Source: Trichinella spiralis
Taxonomy: Eukaryota
Length of the DNA stretch: 64,000 nt
Assembly (NCBI RefSeq): GCF_000181795.1
Contig: NW_003526940.1
Coordinates: 2,189,854 to 2,253,853 of the forward strand
Direction: 5' to 3'
Positions within the stretch are counted from its first letter, which is position 1, and the number at the start of each line of letters is the position of its first letter. This document shows, in pieces, positions 40,589-53,232 of this stretch. The notes under the pieces are model-generated. The model searched no databases. It was not told the DNA's origin and saw nothing but the letters and a program-made list of their open reading frames with translations. Position numbers and translations under genes: made by a program.

Positions 40589-41562
40589 ATGGAAAAAGAT
40601 GATCATGGCAACTATTTATTATTTTTCACATGATTTTTTGGTCGCTGATACTATTTATATTTACGTTATTCAGCAGATGCTTTTCTAGCTTTATTATTTA
40701 GCATAAAAAGACATGTGTTAATGATATTTTTTTCAAAATGAAAATTCAGAAAAATAAAAATGAAAATTTCAACCAGTGGTGCATTATTGTGTTTTATTTT
40801 TGTTTATAGATAGATCAAAGTGGAGAAAGAAAGGATCGCTTGATCAGAATTTGAATATTTAATAATTAAATAAGTAATATCAATAAGTCGGCATGTTTCG
40901 GGTATGTGTGCATGAAGATATTTCAAAAATGAAACCACCCGTTGACGAATGAATAGACAGTTCAAATTGTGGTTGTGGCATAACCTAATATGTCGAAAAT
41001 TATTATCAGGGGCAGTGTTTTTTGTTACTGATTCAAAAAATGATAATTTTAATTTGTATTTTTTTCTATTATAAGCCAAAGTAGTATGTTTTTGCTTGTT
41101 GTATTTTCAATGATTATTTGAATGGTACATTGGTTCTGTTGACGATAAAATTGAAAGCTGTAAACAGCAGAAATTTTCAGACAGGGTGTTTTATTTTTAA
41201 CAACTCTGTAAATATGAAGTACGCGTGTTGTTACAAAATTTGAAAAACAAATATCAATGCACAAACTGAATTAGTAAATATTTTTCCTCGTTATGAATGA
41301 ACATTAGTAAACACGACTGAGTTTTCAGAATCAGTAATACTGATATTGTAAATACAAGATTAATGAACGGATTAATTATGACTTCCACTTTTTTTCATGT
41401 TTCTAGAATTATAGCTGCCGAATATTGTAGAATTTGAAATAACATCTGTCTGTGCGGAGGAATACTTTGATAAAATTTAATTCACGGAATGAAGCTAGTT
41501 ATTCAAATTAAAAATCGCACAATAATATCTATCATATATTTCATAAAACAAATCTGTATATG

Positions 41563-42510
41563 TGTTGCGCTTAATGTTGAAAATTGCTTGTTATTGACAA
41601 TAGGTAATAAGCATTTGCCTAATATTGAAATGATGCTTCACAATGACACGCTGTATGCTGAAATGCTTTTATTAATGATAATTGTATTTATTGTCAGTGA
41701 CAAATGTATCGCTTGAAAATTTCAATGATGTTCATTTCATGCAACTAATAATAGATGATTAGGTTCAAATATGTACAAAATAATTTGCGCCTGAAAATGG
41801 CTTCATTATGAAAGTTGTATGAAAGCAAAAGGCAACCAACCACTTCCCAATTTATTAAAATTCTGATGGATAAAAAGGCTGTACATGAAAAAAAGCCCGG
41901 TGCTCTGATAAGGGAAAAAGGATAGAATACAACTACTTTTTCGACTTCACAACGAGATCAAATGATTACTGAGATTCTGTGAATCCAGTATGATGGCCCA
42001 AAATCTGTCCGTGATTATAATTTTAAAAAAATCAGTATGAAGTTTTAAAAATTGACAAAGAAAATAAACTAATCTGATTGGGCAAGTATGATGAAATAAG
42101 ATGCATCCTCTCTACGGAAGAAATGTTCGATGCTATCAATACTCCCATCCATGGTGGAGATGAAAACATTTCGAGAAGTACAAAATAAATGGGTCAACGT
42201 CCCACAGGAAGCGTGTCATTTGTTTCTCACGTTATATGAAGAATGTTACAAGAAAAAAGCGAGAAAGCTTCCATAAAGCCTAATTGCTAAACCACTGACG
42301 AGTAGAAATGTAATGGTCACAAGCCCAGGTGACAATGTCTTTGATAAATTTTTAAACTATGCCTGATGGTGATTATAAATATATATCATGACTTATTTGA
42401 ATCACTTTATGAAGTTTTCAATGTTGAGTCCGCTAAAATCAAAACTGGTAGAAAAAGTGGCATCGATGATTATTGCCAATAATAGGCAATTTTCAACATT
42501 AAGCGTAACA
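41563..42510 (+). mobile_element. Degenerate, internally deleted Ginger2/TDD-type DNA transposon (KRBA2-like integrase remnant)
   Basis: 40-bp imperfect TIRs starting TGT (41563-41602 TGTTGCGCTTAATGTTGAAAATTGC..., inverse at 42471-42510), flanked by TATG/TATA. Interior with stops and frameshifts encodes EEMFDAI...HGG...KWVNVPQEACHLFLTLYEECYKKK (HHCC-like) and PDGDYKYIMTYLNHFMKFSMLSPLKSK (start of an integrase core). Confidence 0.8.
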
Positions 42511-44111
42511 TATATACTTGAAAATTGCGACATTTGAAATTTTGAATGTTGAATAGCATTTGCTTCAATGCAATTTACATGCAGCATGACATTCATAAAA
42601 ATGAAACATGTTTTCACATCAGCTACTGATGTATAGCTTTTTTTTACGCATTAAGAATTTTGTGTTTATTCTCTTATTGAAATTATTCACTTTTGTATAA
42701 AAAATTCCATTGCATGCAAGTGTTTTCTATCAATAAATTAATAAAAGTTTTCATAATTGAAATGAATGTTTTATCAAATTGTCACAATTTCTAACAGATC
42801 AATTTGATTAAATTCTTCAGTTTTATATTTTCATCCAGAAAATTTGATCACGAATTATTTTACTGCATGAATGGTGTGATGATATAGTAAGCAGCTGTTG
42901 AAATCGATTATGTACAATTAAATGGTGTTCAATTAAATTTTCTGAGAAATGAATTTCATGCTTCTCTACATTTTTCATTTTAGAATTATTTGAATTTCAA
43001 AGCTTGAACTTTGAAAAACAATACTGATGTTTTTTTAAGATAAAATAAAAAAACATTTCTTGTAACTAATTATTTGTAAATATACTGCTTCACATTTTTT
43101 ACAAATGTATTTGTAAAATTTTATTTATTTATTCAAATTTCACAAAATTGTTGTAGTGATTAAAAAATGAAAAATCTGAATCTAAAAGTGAAATTAAATG
43201 TATAAATTCCATTCTTAAAATTAAAACAAATATGTATTTTTATATGCGTTGCGCTGATTTCTTTTCATTTTCATTAAAATTGAACACTGTGCATTTCAAT
43301 GAAATATTGGTGAAATCGTTGTATTTATATTCATAATTGAAGCGTAGAGATGAGTAATATTTTAATAGTGAACGCTTTTGCTGTTTTGTTCGCTGCTTTA
43401 TTAACCACTTTCATAGATGAATTATGTTAATATACGTTGTTCATAATTGTAGAATGGGACAATGTAATAATCTTTCGAAATTCAATAAAAATACTACTTT
43501 TCATTATTGATTATACGTTATAATTCATTAAACAAATAAAATAATAATGATGATAAAGTATTTCAGTGTATTTTTTTGGAAAGCTTTTAGAAGTGCTAAA
43601 AAAAGTAATGCTTTTTTTCTTCTTTGTTATTATCTAGTGAGCAAAATTTCTAATTTGAAATTTCTTTTTGTATAAAAAATACTTTTTTGATTATAAATTT
43701 GTTTTTCAAAAAAAGAATTTCGTAATTTCATGATTTATCAAGTTGGAATTATCAGATTAATATGACAAAATAATGCAAAAGTCAAAAGAGTTTTGATTTT
43801 TAAGGTTGATTAAAAATTTTATTCATCAAAAATATTTCTCATGTGAATAATGAGCTTTTCATTAAAATAATACTGATAAAAGGAAAGTCTAAATGAAAAT
43901 GATTTTACAAAATATAGTAGTATCTTTTTTTTAAAAAATATTTTAAATTCTTTACATTTTTAGTCGATATTGTGAAACAGTGAAATAGTGATTAAGCAAA
44001 TGAAAAGTTGTGGTAGATTTTAATATCTGTGATTGTTTTATTGTAATTTCAAATAATAATAATGCCCGTCGCAGAAGGTGAGCAAATTTGACTGAGTGAA
44101 AAAAGCGAAGT

Positions 44112-46717
44112 TCACAAGATGCTGCTCACTGGATGCACAGAGGGTAGACAACGGATGCAGAGGTTCGAAGTTCTCCAAATGCGAAACAGACCATGGACAG
44201 TGAAGGCGACATTGTGGAGCAGCCAGACGATGAAATCCCAGAATTGCTGTTCTTCATTTTCGATCATGCTGGCCATTGCAGCGACAAATGGGATGCTGTG
44301 TATTGCCAAGGTGAAGAAGGTGATGATGAAGATTTTATTGACGGCTATTGAATTTCTGCGCAGCTGTATCACTTGAATATTATTTTCAGTGACTCGTTTT
44401 TGGAGTCTCAGACGAATCATTGCCACCAACAGCAGACCAGTGGCAGCGATGCTTATGGTCAGCGTGAGCACGATGTTCAAGATGATCATCTTGGGCGCCA
44501 CCACATCAGTGAGAATGCACATTATGGAAATTTCAGTCGAATCGTAGACTGATATCAGCCAAGCCGACGTGATTACGGTCATCAGAAGTGCAATGAAGAG
44601 AATCAGACCGACAACGAAGGCAAATCTCCTTGTCAATTGCCAGTGGGTTTTAATGATGGAAATGGTGAGCAAAAAATCGATCGCCATGAACAACAGTATA
44701 GAAACGATGATCAAATCTGCGCTCAGATAAAGAGTTGGGTGGATGGCGAATACAAAGCAGTACAAAGCGCTCACTGTGCTGTCCGAGTTGAAGTAATAAA
44801 TTATACGAGCATATTCCAGAGCAATAGTGAACGTTTTCATTGAACAAGCCAACGCATAAGCTGAAACAAGCAACAATGCATTTTATCATAATTAGTTTTT
44901 TTATATGAAACATATATATTATTTATTTGAATGTTTCATCTTAAATTTGTTCAACAAAAATGTACCTCAGTTTTGCATATTGACATCTTTTTCAACTGTT
45001 CGCATTGAATATTATTATTTTTGATGTTTAAATTTGAATGCATGAATTACACATTCTTTCTTAACTTTCTTTTATTATTAGCTGAACATTATTTGAACGT
45101 ATTATTTTTTTAATTATAAAAATTCAAATTATTCTTTAAATAATTTCAAAAACTGTCAACGGAAAACTACAATTTATGATGTCGCGTGTGAAGAATATGA
45201 AAGATTAAAATTTGATTACATATTGTTGCTAATTTATATTTCCCGTCTTTCTCATTCAGTGTCAGTGCACTAAAATTAAGTATTCACTACTCGTTTTTCT
45301 ATTTGTGCTTCAATTTTCTCATTATAATATATTTTAATTTTTATTCCTGCATTTGAATTCCATTTCATTCATTTGCAAACAATTTTTATTTGCAATTCTT
45401 TAAAAATAATTACAATACAATATTATTATTACAAGTAGCAGTAATCTTCGTTAGAAAACAATTCTACATGCTTATGTGTTTTAAATTAATTTTCACTCTC
45501 ATCAATTCATCTGAAATTGTAATTTTATTACATTGAATTGAACGCAAAAGTCAGATGATAAATTAACAATGCTAAATTTATAGAAATAAATTAAATGATA
45601 AATTATTTACGAATCAATCTATGCAAACGATAGAAAATTGCTACAAAACTCAATGCAAACTTTACTGGATAACATGTAAAAATTAATAATTGCAATCATT
45701 CTACAGGAGCTGTCTATTATATTGTTTACAGCAAGCTAACAACTGTGTTTATTTAAAAAAAAACGAAATTCTCCACTAAATGTATTCATCTAATCAATTA
45801 TAAGTTTAAATTATAAAAATTAATTTGAAATTTTCATGGAAACAATGATAACGATGATCAATTTTAATGCAAAAATCTTATAATCCTTCAATCTCGTCAA
45901 GCAGAAATATAAAAAGTATTTTGAATATATTTAAAAATATCTTCAAATAAACTGAAATCAATTTTTTGCCATAAAATGGTGTCATGAATAAAAAATAGTT
46001 ATATTTATGTAATTTTCTAAAAAATTCATATGCTTTTTTCAACTTATCCAACATTAATAATGCAAAGAAAAACAAAAAACAATTCTTTTTTATAAAAATA
46101 AACGAATCAATTAAAAAATTACTTTGACTTATTGCGGAATATGCCTGGAGCTTTGATTCTCAAAATAAAATTTGCAAACATTTTCTTTTTAAATCTTGAT
46201 CAAATTAATCGAAATGTAATAATTTTACACACACACACACACATATATATAAATCCATAATTCATAAATAATCACATATATATATATATGAATATTAACA
46301 AAATTTTAATAATGTAATTTGTTAAATAGGCCAAAATTAAAAAAATTTTTCTAATAAAACATTCGTATGAATTTTGAATGTTAGATAAGTGTATAAGTTC
46401 TTTTCCAACACGAACAAATGTGTTATTTTAAAATAAATTAAATATTGAAATGATCGAATTTGCATAAGATCACAATTGAAAATATTACCAGTGAAATATT
46501 TCTTGATGCGATGCTTTTCTTTGTTTAGTATTAACGTAATAGCCCAAGCACCATTAGTCAAAAATCCTGTACACCCGAATACAAGGTACATGTACACAAC
46601 TGATTCCATATTGTAAAAGAATTTTATTTTGTCTTGGACAGTGGTCGACAGTGCTGTCGGTTCGCATGCCAAATCGACACTGGAATTACAGCTGTCTGTT
46701 GAATTATTATCATACAT
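44112..46717 (-). CDS. Divergent seven-transmembrane receptor (rhodopsin-like or chemoreceptor-like GPCR), about 325 aa
   Basis: Exon 1 (46717-46489) has N-glycosylation sequons and TM1 with GFLTN. It joins exon 2 (44860-44112) via a phase-1 GT-AG intron. Six further hydrophobic segments, Cys residues at the start of TM3 and in ECL2, and MAIDFL in place of the DRY motif. Confidence 0.75.
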
Positions 46718-48499
46718 TGGACAAAAATTTTCTCAATTTTTGCACAGTTATTTCTGTTGAGCCAGAAATTGAAAGTAATTCATTTTCTTTTCAAATATCA
46801 ATCCAACAAATGATCATTGACAAATTAAACTGCTCATGGCTACTGTTGCTGTTTATGCGAGATCAGGAGGAAATCAATTAAAATTTCATTTTGCACGATA
46901 CATTTAATTAACATTTATCACTACCAAAAGTTTAACATCACTTTGCTCATTTTTGTCAACAAATAATACAATAATAATCATAATAATGTGAACAATAAAT
47001 AAAAAGAAAAAAAAATTTTTTACAAATTATAAATCATCTGATACATTGCGCAAAACACACTCATCTATTTTATCTCTTATTCTCATTTCCATTTATCCAT
47101 CCAATAGCACTACTATTTTAATTATATGCAACACAATCACGAAAAAAATGCTTTTATTTTTATAAGTATTATTGCATTTATTTTCATCATTTTATTTTAA
47201 TGACATAAACTTAATCTTTCGATTAATAGCCGTCATCTGTAATTAGTCACGTAATATGAACTAGAAAAAAATAACCATATATATGCTATTTGATTTTTCC
47301 AAAAGTTTACTTAATAAATTTAATCCGGTAATTTTTACTTTATCGCTTTTTATCTTATCCAGTAATGTGATGAATTATTTACGGTAAAGCAAACTTTAAA
47401 AAATTTTTTAACAAAATTCATTATTCCGCAAAACATCAATTTATATCTTAAAAATACATTTTCAATAATTGTTTTAATGCATCAAAAGAATGATATTTAC
47501 CTTGCTTCATATTGTTTGCTTAGCTTTATATTATCTCGCTAAAAGATTATAACTTAATAAAGTTGGCTAATCGATGCACTTCATTTTACTATGTAAAATT
47601 CTGATCACTTTTTAACAATAAATTGCTTTTCTGATTTAACTAAAAAACTTATAAAGATCTAATTTCAAATGCTGTATTATCAATTTTCTTCTTTCAACCT
47701 ATCAAATTTTTTCTTCAAAATTCCTATTTTTTGAAATTCTAATCAGAAAACAATTTTAAAGAATAATAAATACAATAATGATCAGTACTGTCACTTTAAA
47801 AATTTATGAAGATAATTAAAATCAAACATATTATTTCACTACAGAACATTATTACCTTACTCAGTAAAAAGTTTTTCTTATTTCTGAACACCAATTAAAT
47901 CAAAAATGTCAAAATGCATATTCATTTATATTAGTCTTTCCATCACTAACAAAAGATGATTAATTTGTTTAATACAATTTACTTAAACTCTTGACCGATT
48001 TTTTTCAACTTAAACTTAAACATGACATCATTGAATTGCCGCTCTAGCTATGCTTGTGCTTTCTATGCCTTATGTTTAAGAGTGGTGAAATTTTTTATAA
48101 AAGTCATTTTTGCAATTGTGATTTTATTGCAATTTCCTAAGACTGCTATGAATCAATAAAATTTATCCTGATTTGAATTCATATTGTCATGTCATTAATG
48201 AATACTGAAGCAAACATTAATGCTACTGAAATGTTAAATTATATCTACATGCAAAGATGTGTAGGAACATCTGAAAAAGTGAATGATAGGGCTATCACTG
48301 AAGAAATGATTAGTTACATTCAAACTTAAAAATACTGTAGATCAAATTATTCCCGCTAAGTATTATGCAATTCTTCAAAAATAGACCATTAAGTATTCAG
48401 TGAAATAATTTAAAAATTTAACAACAATTATTGAACTTTTCACATTCGATTAAACGGTATATTTAAAATGGCAATAGCTATTTCCGATGTTGCATATAT

Positions 48500-50064
48500 C
48501 AGTGATTCCCAAAGTGGGCGATATCGCCCCCTTGGGGGCGGTGGAAGGCTGGAAGGGGGCGGTGGGAAGTAAGGGGGCACTTGGGAGAGCTGGAAAATAA
48601 TGGAGCACATTGGAGGGGGCGCTTGAACGCAATGTTTTATGTTTTGTGTTTATATTGATATTTAAGAATATTGATTGATTATTTTGTGCTTAATGTGAAA
48701 TGTGCCTTCTTCATCTTCTTCGCTCATATTTATATTTGCGGTGGTGGCTTGACTGTGCTCCTGATCGCCGTGGAGCGATTATGCATTAATTGTGGATGTG
48801 AAGCTAATTAATTTAACAGTTGTTGGTCCATGCGACCTTGTTGGTTGTTTTTATCTGAGTAGCCTGGAAATCAGTCACCGCACTGAAGTCACGTTCAACT
48901 AAGTAGGAAGATGGGAAGGCGAGTAGGAACCTACTAGGAAAGACTCAGTGCCGGATGTACTGGCGGTGCATTGCGCAATTTGCAGACAACATCTAGTTGC
49001 AAAGCACCTTACTGAACGTTTGCATTGCTCTTTGGGATACGTCATTGCGGCAATAAACAAAATCAGAAGCATTCTTTTAAATGACAGATTATTCAGCCAG
49101 TTTTGCGAAGAAAATGACGAAAAATTCAATCGCCTGCAGATGCGCACTGAAGTCCGGTGGTTATCGAAAGGTGCTTGTTTAAGTCGCTATTATGAGCTTT
49201 TTGAAACCATTTTGGAATTCTTTCAAAACAAAGACCCTTCAATGAGAGACAGCTTGAAGATATGCAAAAGTGACATAGCATATATGGCTGATTTATTTTT
49301 CAAGTTTAAGGAACTTAATCTGCAACTGCAAGGAAGCGAACTTAATCTAATAAAGACGAGATCTCTCATTTCATCATTCACATCAAAGCTGGCTTTGTTC
49401 AAACGCAAACTTGGGCGCAGAGAATTTTATCAATTTCCAAGCATTGCTGCACTCAGGAAAAATGGAGAAGTACATGATGATGACATTCAAATCTATTGTG
49501 AACAGTTAGATGTGCCACAAAAGGACATGCAAGAAAGATTTCAAGATATTCTCAAAATGAAGATTCTAAACCTATTTTCAAACACTGATGAAATCGAAAT
49601 GGAATTAGAAGAGGAATTAATTGATTTACAAACCAATGAAGAGTTAAAGCCGAAGTTTAAGAATCATTCTTTCTGGTTGCAAAAACAAATATCTGACCTC
49701 TGTCCCAGTTTATGGAGAAGTTCCTGCTCGCCCTCCCATCTTCCTATTTAGTTGAGCGTGGCTTCAGTGTGGTTACTGATTTTCAAACAAAGAAAAGTAA
49801 CCGACTGCAAATCGACAAACGTGGTAATTTACGACTGTTCCTTACCAACACTGAGCCCAATGTAGACAGATTAGTCGCAATGCACCAACCTCATCCATCA
49901 CATTAATTATTTTCTCACTATATGATTATTTTTGAAAGAACACTCGATTTGAATAAATAGTCTGTTTAAAAATTCATTATTTTTTTGACAATAATTTAGG
50001 GGGGCGTTTGAAAAATATATGTCTCTCAAGTGGGCGATAGCCTGAAAACGTTTGGGAAACACTG
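48500..50064 (+). mobile_element. Non-autonomous hAT/Buster DNA transposon with both termini and 8-bp TSD
   Basis: TIRs CAGTGATTCCCAAA (48500) and the inverse of CAGTGTTTCCCAAA (ending 50064). Identical TSD GCATATAT at 48492-48499 and 50065-50072 has the central TA typical of Buster elements. Confidence 0.95.
48948..49906 (+). pseudogene. Buster/SCAND3/ZBED8-like transposase remnant (C-terminal half, frameshifted)
   Basis: VHCAICRQHL (degenerate CxxH), TEVRWLSKG, DIAYMADLF, LNLQLQG and PSSYLVERGFS in two frames (48948-49751, 49712-49906). The N-terminal half is absent. Confidence 0.9.
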
Positions 50065-50746
50065 GCATATATTATTTATGCATATCTAGCATGCTGCACG
50101 TTAATTTTACATTTTATACTAATGTGAAAAGCAATAAATTATATTAAAATGCAAACGCAGAATGTCTCAAAATAAGAAAAACACAGAAAGCTCAGCAACA
50201 GTGCCCTGACATTAAAATGCTTGCCATCCGTTAAAAAAGTAAAATTCAAAATTTACATTATGAAATATATTTTGTATGCTCTTAAAATATTTGAATTTGA
50301 ATTAATTTGAATAGTTTCACTTATATTTTATTTCTAAATGATTCACTGATTAAAAAAATAGAAAGTATAAAAAATAAATAATAATTCTACTTCGGAAGAG
50401 ATATTATACTTTTTAGGTTCATTTTCACCTGTTTTTTATTCACATTTATATAATACAGTACATATATTTATTTGAACTTGCATATTATTAATTGGATGCG
50501 TGCATTCTGTTGCGAACACCTGGAAATATTAACTGATTTTTTCAGCCGCTTTGAGTGAAGTAAGTTTTTATCAATATAAGTTGTTAAATCACGAAATGTA
50601 ATCCTTAAATTGCGCAGTTTCAAAGTTCAGTCATTGTGATAATAATGATTTTTTGTCAATAATAACTTTAAAGCATTGAAAATTTCCTTTAAATATTACA
50701 GTTTCATCATAAATGCTTATGTGATTGTGTTGATTTCTGTTTCAGA

Positions 50747-51417
50747 ATGCCGTTTAAAGCAATTTGTGTAATTCGTGGTGAAAATGTTACTGGTACTGTG
50801 ACCTTCAAACAGGTAATTTTTTCTCAGTTTATAATTTGATATATCTTGGTTTTCTGAATGCAGAACACGGAAGATGATAAAACATTCATCACTGGAGAAA
50901 TAAAAGGCTTGACTCCTGGAAAACATGGATTTCACGTTCATGAATGGGGTGATAATAGCATGGGTTGCATTTCTGCTGGTGCTCACTACAATCCATTTGG
51001 TAAAACTCACGGTGGACCCACCGTAAGTGTGGCATCATGATAGAAATATAACTTTTTTTTGAAATGTTGCATGAAATTTTTAAATAAATGTTAAAATTAA
51101 TATTTACTTTGTATTATAGGATACTGTACGTCATGTGGGAGATTTGGGCAATATCTTGGCCGGTTCAGATGGTGTTGCAAAAATTGACATAGCAGACGAT
51201 CAGATCAAACTGACAGGTGCACATTCAGTAATTGGTCGCACTATGGTAGTGCATATTCAAGAAGATGATTTGGGTCAGTATTCATTTAAGTTTGCGATTA
51301 ATATTTTCATTGGAATTATTTTAAGGAAAAGGAGGTGATGACGAAAGCCTGAAAACTGGAAATGCTGGAGCACGTGTTGGATGTGGAGTAATCGGTATTG
51401 CAAATCCAGCTGCTTGA
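50747..51417 (+). CDS. sod-1: Cu/Zn superoxide dismutase, cytosolic type
   Basis: Exons 50747-50812, 50864-51022, 51120-51273, 51326-51417 give [11 protein letters not shown]...[26 protein letters not shown]...[17 protein letters not shown]...IGRTMVVH...[27 protein letters not shown]. All metal ligands are present and there is no signal peptide. Confidence 0.97.
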
Positions 51418-51628
51418 TCACTTTCACTATGAACATATCTAGTATTTTTGGAGTGTCTCGAAATAATACTTCTTTTTTGAAATTTATTTAAAATTTATAC
51501 TGTCAGTAGGACAATGAATAAATTTATGTTTAATTTCAACAATAACTATCCTGATTTGGTTTTTTCAAATAAAGTACATCAGACCAAAAAAACATTGTAT
51601 TTATAATTGGAAATATGAATATGAAGTC

Positions 51629-52919
51629 TCATTTCTTGAAGAAATTGGCATCACAAAATGGGGAATGCTGCATTAAAGAGGTATCTACACCTAACAAATC
51701 TAAAGCTTGAAGAACATCATGTAGCCGTTGCAATTTAAAGTTCAGTTCGTCTTGACAATTTTCAACTTCTTTCTTGTATCGCTCCTAAAAACAAATGAGA
51801 AAAACAACAATACAAGTGATAAATTCAGTTGCAATGTTTCATCTAACTAATACTAACTTAAGAAGTCATTAGCTTCCTTGATACCATATAAAAGCATATA
51901 TGTATGTATACATAATGAAATTTAAAACAGACATTTCTTGAACAAAATGAAAAATTATCAAATGCTAATACATGATATATATGCTGAATATAGAAAAGTT
52001 TCTTACAAAATGTATGTGGCGCCTTCTCTCGTCCAAAAGTGTTATTATTTTATTGTAATCAGGATGATCGTTCAGAAACATTGTCTCTGTATAACGCAGT
52101 ACGGGTTCCTCTTTCTTTAGCAAGTCTTCTCTAAAATTTATTAATCCTGAAGAACAAATTAAAAACAAGTGATTTACTACACGCCAGATTCTTCTTCTTT
52201 CAAAATATCTACAAGAATCCTTTTACTGTCTTCAATTTCCTTTCGCAATCTAATATACATTGTACGCATTGTCATATTAACCAGAAAACTTCCAGCATGT
52301 ATAAGGTTCAAAAAATTTACAATTCGCAATATGCTTCGTAAGACAGCACAGATTTTTCGTAATCAGGAATTTGATGAATTGTATCAATTATTTCCTGCAG
52401 TTCTTCACTATCTTCTAACAAATATATCACAAAAAATTAATTTTGCTATTAAATGCAAATCCAAATAGACAACCATTTTTTGGAACATGCCACAAAGATG
52501 TCCGTCTTCCACTTCGCGGTAAAGTCATACTTTCTGATGCAGAGCCTTCGGAACTTTTGACATTCTGAAAATAAATTAGATATCAGTGCAATTAAACAAA
52601 TCCAGAAATAATTTATTAAACAACAACCACGGGAATATATATTCATTTTCGCATTCACTAAACATGTATAATACACATAATCAAAGCAGATTACAACTTA
52701 CTATGAAAAAACAAAAAAAATATTTTTTATTCAATTCAAGCATAGTGACTATAAGATGATTAAACAAAACATAACATTTTATAAATAATAAACAATGAAA
52801 ACGCTTTTGGCTCTTATTTTACATTAAATCCGCACATCTAACGCAATCACTTGAGAAAAATGCATATTTTATTCTTAGTGCATTACCTTTTCTTTTTCAT
52901 GAGTGCTAGAATCAGCCAT
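51629..52919 (-). CDS. Uncharacterised small helical or coiled-coil protein (about 190-200 aa)
   Basis: In-frame exons MADSSTHEKEK|NVKSSEGSASESMTLPRSGRRTSLWHVPKN|EDSEELQEIIDTIHQIPDYEKSVLSYEAYCE|LLRKEIEDSKRILVDILKEEESG|VEDLLKKEEPVLRYTETMFLNDHPDYNKIITLLDERRRHIHF| ... |ERYKKEVENCQDELNFKLQRLHDVLQALDLLGVDTSLMQHSPFCDANFFKK*. A possible extra microexon near 51860-51880 is unresolved. Confidence 0.7.
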
Positions 52920-53232
52920 TTCTGATAGGGGAAAAGAAATTTGAACAGAAGATATACGGTACTACAGTAATACTACAACAAAAATGTACTTGCATTTCTT
53001 TTATAAGAGAAATAGGTCGAAAAAATAAAAATATTTTATGATTTTATTGTAGCTTATTCGCAAATTTAAGTTCTCTTACACATGTATATTTATTATAAAT
53101 TTATGATTACTACTAAGCCCTAAAATATCGTTATACAAAGTGTAAATATTTGTGTTACGGTTATTTTGTCCTCATTTGTAGTTACTCATTTTTGTGTTTA
53201 TAATGAAACGTAATATATATATATATATATAT

